From the NCBI GenBank assembly GCA_001724265.1, contig MEDY01000178.1, positions 1-56,445 of the forward strand: a stretch of 56,445 bases of DNA. Reading direction: 5' to 3'. The stretch comes from Rhizaria sp. SCN 62-66. Lineage: Eukaryota. Shown here in pieces: positions 51,133 to 56,445 of the stretch. Position numbers and translations under genes: made by a program. The stretch's first letter is position 1; every line of letters begins with the position of its first letter. The notes beneath the pieces were generated by a model. It saw nothing but the letters and a program-made list of their open reading frames with translations, was not told where the DNA came from and made no database searches.

Positions 51133-51749
51133 GGGCTGTGAGGGAAAGCGAGGGGGGTGCGTTGATAAGGATTGTTAGTCGCTATAGCAAAATCGTTAAA
51201 TGGGCAAATAATATCGTGTGGTTCACTGCTATAATGGTGTGTTAAATCTACAATAAACGGATCTATACAATTCTGCAGCCAATGTGCGAACGACCTTCTT
51301 CGCAGCTGCTGGCTGGTGGTGTTGGGCGTGGTTCGCAAAAATTCGCCAAGCCATGCATGCAGTGTTCGCTCTTGAGTTCTCAAACCTTTAACACGTTGAC
51401 TGAAATCAATTCCACCTAAACAGAGCTGAAAAGTGGTTAATCTAACAGTCTTTTGCTGTTTTGTATATGTTTCTTAATTTCGCATTTTCTGTGGATCATT
51501 TTATCATTAGCTCTATCCCAATGTACGGTCTAGAGAGTCAAGTGGTTTATACAGAAGATCCTCTTTTGCGGACTAAGTAACTCGATTTGCCTGCATATGG
51601 TCTCGCGTGGTTCTGCTTTTCAGAGTAAAAGGCACATGAAATGTCCGTCCAACTCGAAAACGTGAGTACACTTGCCAAGATGTGGTGGTATCGGCATCCC
51701 TCGCGCGTTACGCATTGAAGCGCACACACAACATAATTAGTTCGGGTGC

Positions 51750-54700
51750 TCACTCATTAACAGTAGTGATGCGATCAGTCATGTCGGGCGTGTAAGTGCC
51801 CCCGAGCGAATCTAAGTACTGCGTCGTCATCGCCAGGATGCGCACAGAGTCCTAAAAATCCAACGACACAAAGGCGAAGAATAAACCGTTACAATAAGCA
51901 TTCAATGACATAAAACACAGCAACAGCATGCAACAGCAGCAAATAAATAAAGTAGTACGTAAAGTCAAAGTCTGAAAATCAAATTACAAACGTGTCTTAT
52001 CGCATAACATCTTATTAGCCGTACCTTTTCGCCCATTGACACGACCTCGCCCTTAGTGAAAGCAGTGATGCCGTCGCCGCCACCGGCGATGAAGTTGGAG
52101 GTCGCAACTGTATACACAGTGTCGTCGGCCACCTCGGCGCCGTTGATCGTCATCGAAATGACGCGCTCGCAGGGCGCACGGGCAGGGTTGTACTTGATCT
52201 AAGCAGGAGTGATGAGCGACGAGTGATGAGCGACGCGAAAAAGACAATATATAAAACATATAGTGGCGACCATGCAAAAAGAAACATAAGTCAGTGATTA
52301 CCATTTAGATGTCTACCGCGATGACTCGTCATCTCAACATATAGAGCGTATACCATGGAGATATTTTGGTGTGTGAGTTGTTTTGAGCGGTTATAGACGT
52401 ACCCTGACGTTGTGCGAGTAATGAGGGAAAGCGCCAGACGGCTTGGGCGCGAAGCGGAGCTGTTGGTCCACAGCCTCCTTGAGGTCGCGGCCCTTGATGC
52501 GCACCACAGTGGTGTTCTTGGGGAACGGCATCTCCGTCATCAGGTTGCGGTACAGCAGCTGGTGACCGGGCGGGTAGGTCGTGTCGCCGCGGACGAAGCC
52601 GCCGTTGATGATGGCGCAGTCGATAGCATCCTTGTGAAACCAGAGCATGGCGTCCGACACCATCTGCGGACCCGAGGCCGACACGCAGCGCGTGTAGTTC
52701 GTCAGAGTCTCCAGCGGGTTCGCCGTCAGAGTGGTCACGACGCGGTCCGGATCGGGACCCTGCGCCACCAGCTCCTCCAGCTTGGCCTCGAACACCGTGA
52801 TCACAGCCTCTGTCAACGAACAAATTGAGAATAAAAATCGCGAACGACGATAGACGGTATGTGTGTAATACAAAGACAGCAAAGGGTGAGATATGTTCCG
52901 AGATGTTTTTTCTTTGAAGCAGTTTCACTGACAAATCAACTAGAGATAGCGTAGCATAGATAACGTACCAGTGTCCTTGTCAGGCGCGTAGTTCATGTTG
53001 GCGATGAGCTGAATCGAAGGCACAATGGCGACCGCAGTGGCGAGGCGCGCAGCCTCCGCCACAGCCTTCTCCTTGTCCGCAACAACAAGACTCACCGCAT
53101 TCGCGGCAGCACTCGCGCTGGTACTGTTGCTGTTGCTCGCGGTGTTTGAGAGCGGGAACGTGATGTGCAAGTCGACGATGCCGAGGTGGTTGGCGTTCTG
53201 GCCCGTCTTGAAGATAAGCCGCGTGTCCTGCTGGTTAATGATCGGTGTGTGCTCGTGGCCACCAAGGATAATGTCAATCTAAACAAACGCATATTAGAAA
53301 AAATATGTTCAGAAACCGCGAGAGATTTGAAATAGGATAAATGACTCAGCTTTAAATGTTGAACAAAATGTGTACAATACCAAAGAATGAAGTATTAAGT
53401 AAACGCAGCGCATATATGTCTTGCTCAAAAGTGACTATAAACGCTCCAACGTACCCCCGGCACGGCCTGGAGGACCTGCACGTCCTCGGTCAGCGAGAGG
53501 TGGGTGAGTGCCACCACGACGTCGCAGCGGCCGACGTTGCGCAGCAGCCCGGCCTGGCGCGCGGCCGACTCGGTCGAGTCGTCGAAGATGACGTCCTTGG
53601 TGGGGTACGACTGCGTCGGCGTGTGCACCGTGCAGACGCCCAGGAAGCCCACGCGGAACGTGGTCAGCGGCAGAACCACATTCACGTTCGCGGTCGCGGC
53701 GTTCGCGGCGGCGCTGTCGCTCGCACTGGCAGCGCCGGCGGAAGAATTGGGGGCGGAGGCCGTGCTGGCGGGAGCGGGCTCGATCGCCACAGGTGCGCCG
53801 GCCACGGGGCTCAGCTCACCTGCAGCGGTGGTGGTGGCGGCGGGGGAAGTTAGGCCGCCGCTGGGGGCGCGGGTGGTGATGGTGCCGCCGGCGGCTGCGA
53901 ACGCGGAGGCAGCCTTGTGCGAGCTGGAGAGAGCGCGGAGCAGCGGTGGGTTGAGGCAGTTGGTGCCAGCGCCGCCGCGGCAGCTATTGGGGTTGTTCGT
54001 AGTGGCATTCGTGGTGGTCGTGTACGAGAGCGTGGGCGCAGTGAGAGCGGGGGGCGACATCGGGCCAGGAGTAGCGGCGGTGGCGGCGGCGACGGCGGCG
54101 GACTGGCCGGGGGCGGCGGGAGTAGCCGCAGCGGCGCTGGCAGGGTGACAGTGGGAGACTGCGATGCCACTGTTCGCATCATTGACGTTGTCGCAGTGTC
54201 CAGGGTATGCGGAGAGGTAAAGCTTGTCGTAAACCTCGTCCTCGTCCAAGTCGTCGTCGCTGCGGCAGCCCTCCTTGTCCTCGGCAGTGAAGCCCTTGTC
54301 GACCGCAGCCACACCAGCAGCGGCAGTGGCAGCGGGCGCGCTTGCGCTCTTGTTGGGGTCAGCGCTCTGCGCATAGGCCGCGTTGGCGGCGTCCGTGGCA
54401 GCCGCGGCGTTGGCGCCGTTGCGCGCCGCGCCCAGCCGCTTGCGCTGCGCGCGCATCGCCGACAGCGACACGTCGGGATACGAAACGTCTGACTCACCGG
54501 TACCGGTGGCCACGGGGTCCGTGTCGGGGACGGCGGCCAGCAGACCCGCCAGCGCGGGCTCTGTGACGGGGACGCGGGAGACTATGGCGCCGGTGGCGTC
54601 GACCGTGTAGTCGTACATCACGTACGGCGTCATGCCGCGCATCAGGCGACCGCCCTGAGAGTGGAGCAGGCGCAGACCAGAGCAAAGAAAAAGTGAGAAT

Positions 54701-55376
54701 TTCGATTATAAATAAACGCAGGCCACGTTGAAGCAAACTAATGGCTTAAAGTGGATACAATCTCCCGCTGGCAATCATGATTCAGTGTAACATATGCGTG
54801 TTGTGCTCGATATAAGTTGACATACTTGGCTTTTGCGGCGGATGTTGCCACCGAGCCAGGGAAACTGAGAGTCGTTGATGAGCTCCTCCAGACGGTCCTC
54901 GCCGTAGTCGAACTCGTGGTTACCGATAGTCATAATGTCGGGCGCCACGGCGTTGAGCACCGCCACGGCGGGCTCGCCGCGGAAGGCCTCGCACAGCTGG
55001 CTGCCGCCTGTGAAAGAAGACGGAGCGAATGGCATTCGGGACGGAAAGCATGTTCAAGAGCGCGTTTAAATGAGGAGTTGATAATCGGAGTAAAGGCGCA
55101 TGCATGTTGAAAAGCCAATATATATGAGAAGCAAAGTCTGGCTACTTTGATAATCGTTTGTTTCGTACCTAGGACGTCGCCGTTAATGACGAAGAGAGAG
55201 TGCGGCTTGTCGTGCTCTGCAATCATCGTGCGCAGCGTGGCGTAACCGCCGACGCCGCCGATAGAGCGCAGAGTGTACACGTCGTTGACGGCGAGGATGC
55301 GCACGGTGGCCGTGACGCGGCGCTCCTCGGTCGAAGGCGTCGCAGCGCCCGTGGGGGGCGTGGGGTGGGCGTACAT
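51750..55376 (-). CDS. 5'-nucleotidase/apyrase-family protein (calcineurin-like metallophosphoesterase plus 5'-nucleotidase C-terminal domain), ~860 aa, 7 exons
   Basis: Exons 55376-55169, 55007-54826, 54654-53455, 53278-52969, 52809-52403, 52198-52025, 51851-51750. Metal-binding motifs NDVY, NGD, GNHEFD, LTH, GGHEH. C-domain motifs INGGFVRG, EMPFP, YTVATSNFIAGGGDG. Stop TGA. Confidence 0.9.
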
Positions 55377-56445
55377 AAGAGACGCCTGAGGCTGGCAAGG
55401 GTGACGAGAAACAACAACAAAGTGTGGTTGAATGACAGGACAGGGTCGTGTGAGCGCAAATTAAGTGACACAAGGACACACAAAAAACATGTTATATCGG
55501 ATAATATGCGGTATCACTTGCTTTGGCCTGTCTTGAAAGGGCGTCGGTCTTTGATGTAGTGAACGGCAAGAAAGAGAGTTAGCAGGTGCGGTATTTCGAG
55601 GCTGCAAGTCGGTCGGTTTCACAGCTCTCAAAGGCCCATAATACACTAATCCCAGCAATAACAAAACAAATACCGCATTAAGTACAAAATTTAAAAACCA
55701 ATAAGCAGCAAAATATGCGTTTCTACGATTAAATCATCGCATTACACGAAGAATTAGAATGTGGGTCGAGAACAGTCCGGCCACGCCACACGGGCTGCCA
55801 GTCGCTACTGTGCACATCGTAACACGGGGACATGCGCCCCAGTGCTGTGGCTGTTCAGCAAGTGGCAGTGTTCTTGTGTTACAGCTCCACTACATTTGAT
55901 TTCAAAACGATGTTCAAACTCTCTCTCTCATTCACAGCCGCAGCAGAGGCCGTGCATATTAGAGACCAAACATACCTCGTCAGTGGTGCTCAGCAACTGC
56001 GCTTCGGACAATCACAACTTGTGATTCGAAAAAAAACGATTTGTGGATAAATAATGTAGCGCGCATGTATTCCGATATACACAATTGCTAATATTATTGC
56101 ATCGCCTCAGCTTTCCGCGTCGTTGTTTACCTGCACTCAGGGTCCTTCACCACGGTCACGAGTTGCGCTAGGGAGGCCACACGTCCATCGTTCTTTCGAC
56201 GCGAGTCCGACGTCTATTTGATGGGGAGTTGTTACGCGCGAAATTTTACATAAAGGGACTCTCTCACAGGAAATCCACAGAGAAACGGCACCCAACGACC
56301 TCCCAAGCTCCCTTTATTAGGGTGATGTTTTCTGTGAACACACACAGAAGGATTCTGTGTTTAAAGTGTGTGTTTTCTGTGTTTAAAGTATCTGTTATCT
56401 GAATATAATTCGAATTATATGTATTTAAATGCTTATCATTTACAC

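Overview
Gene-dense nuclear DNA of a protist-like eukaryote, with GC-rich exons and short AT-rich GT-AG introns. I can build 12 phase-consistent gene models: the 3' end of a probable RPL24, a kinesin-4-like motor, a second very large kinesin with a central motor domain, a divergent CDK-like kinase, an enolase with an RIIa/Dpy-30-like N-extension and a plant/alveolate-type QWGWC insert, a 5'-nucleotidase-family metallophosphoesterase, a PGG-motif/CCDC66-like protein, a probable mitochondrial protein and four low-complexity orphan proteins. The most interesting signal is three isolated in-frame TAG codons inside otherwise intact long exons of two genes, while all 12 inferred termini are TAA (6) or TGA (6). 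This suggests a variant nuclear genetic code in which only UAG is a sense codon (Gln or Leu, not resolvable here). Second, all 11 visible start codons are preceded by an acceptor-like pyrimidine tract plus YAG, mostly without a good matching donor, which hints at spliced-leader trans-splicing. No rRNA, tRNA, CRISPR or mobile element could be supported. All calls come from manual reading; no database search was run.
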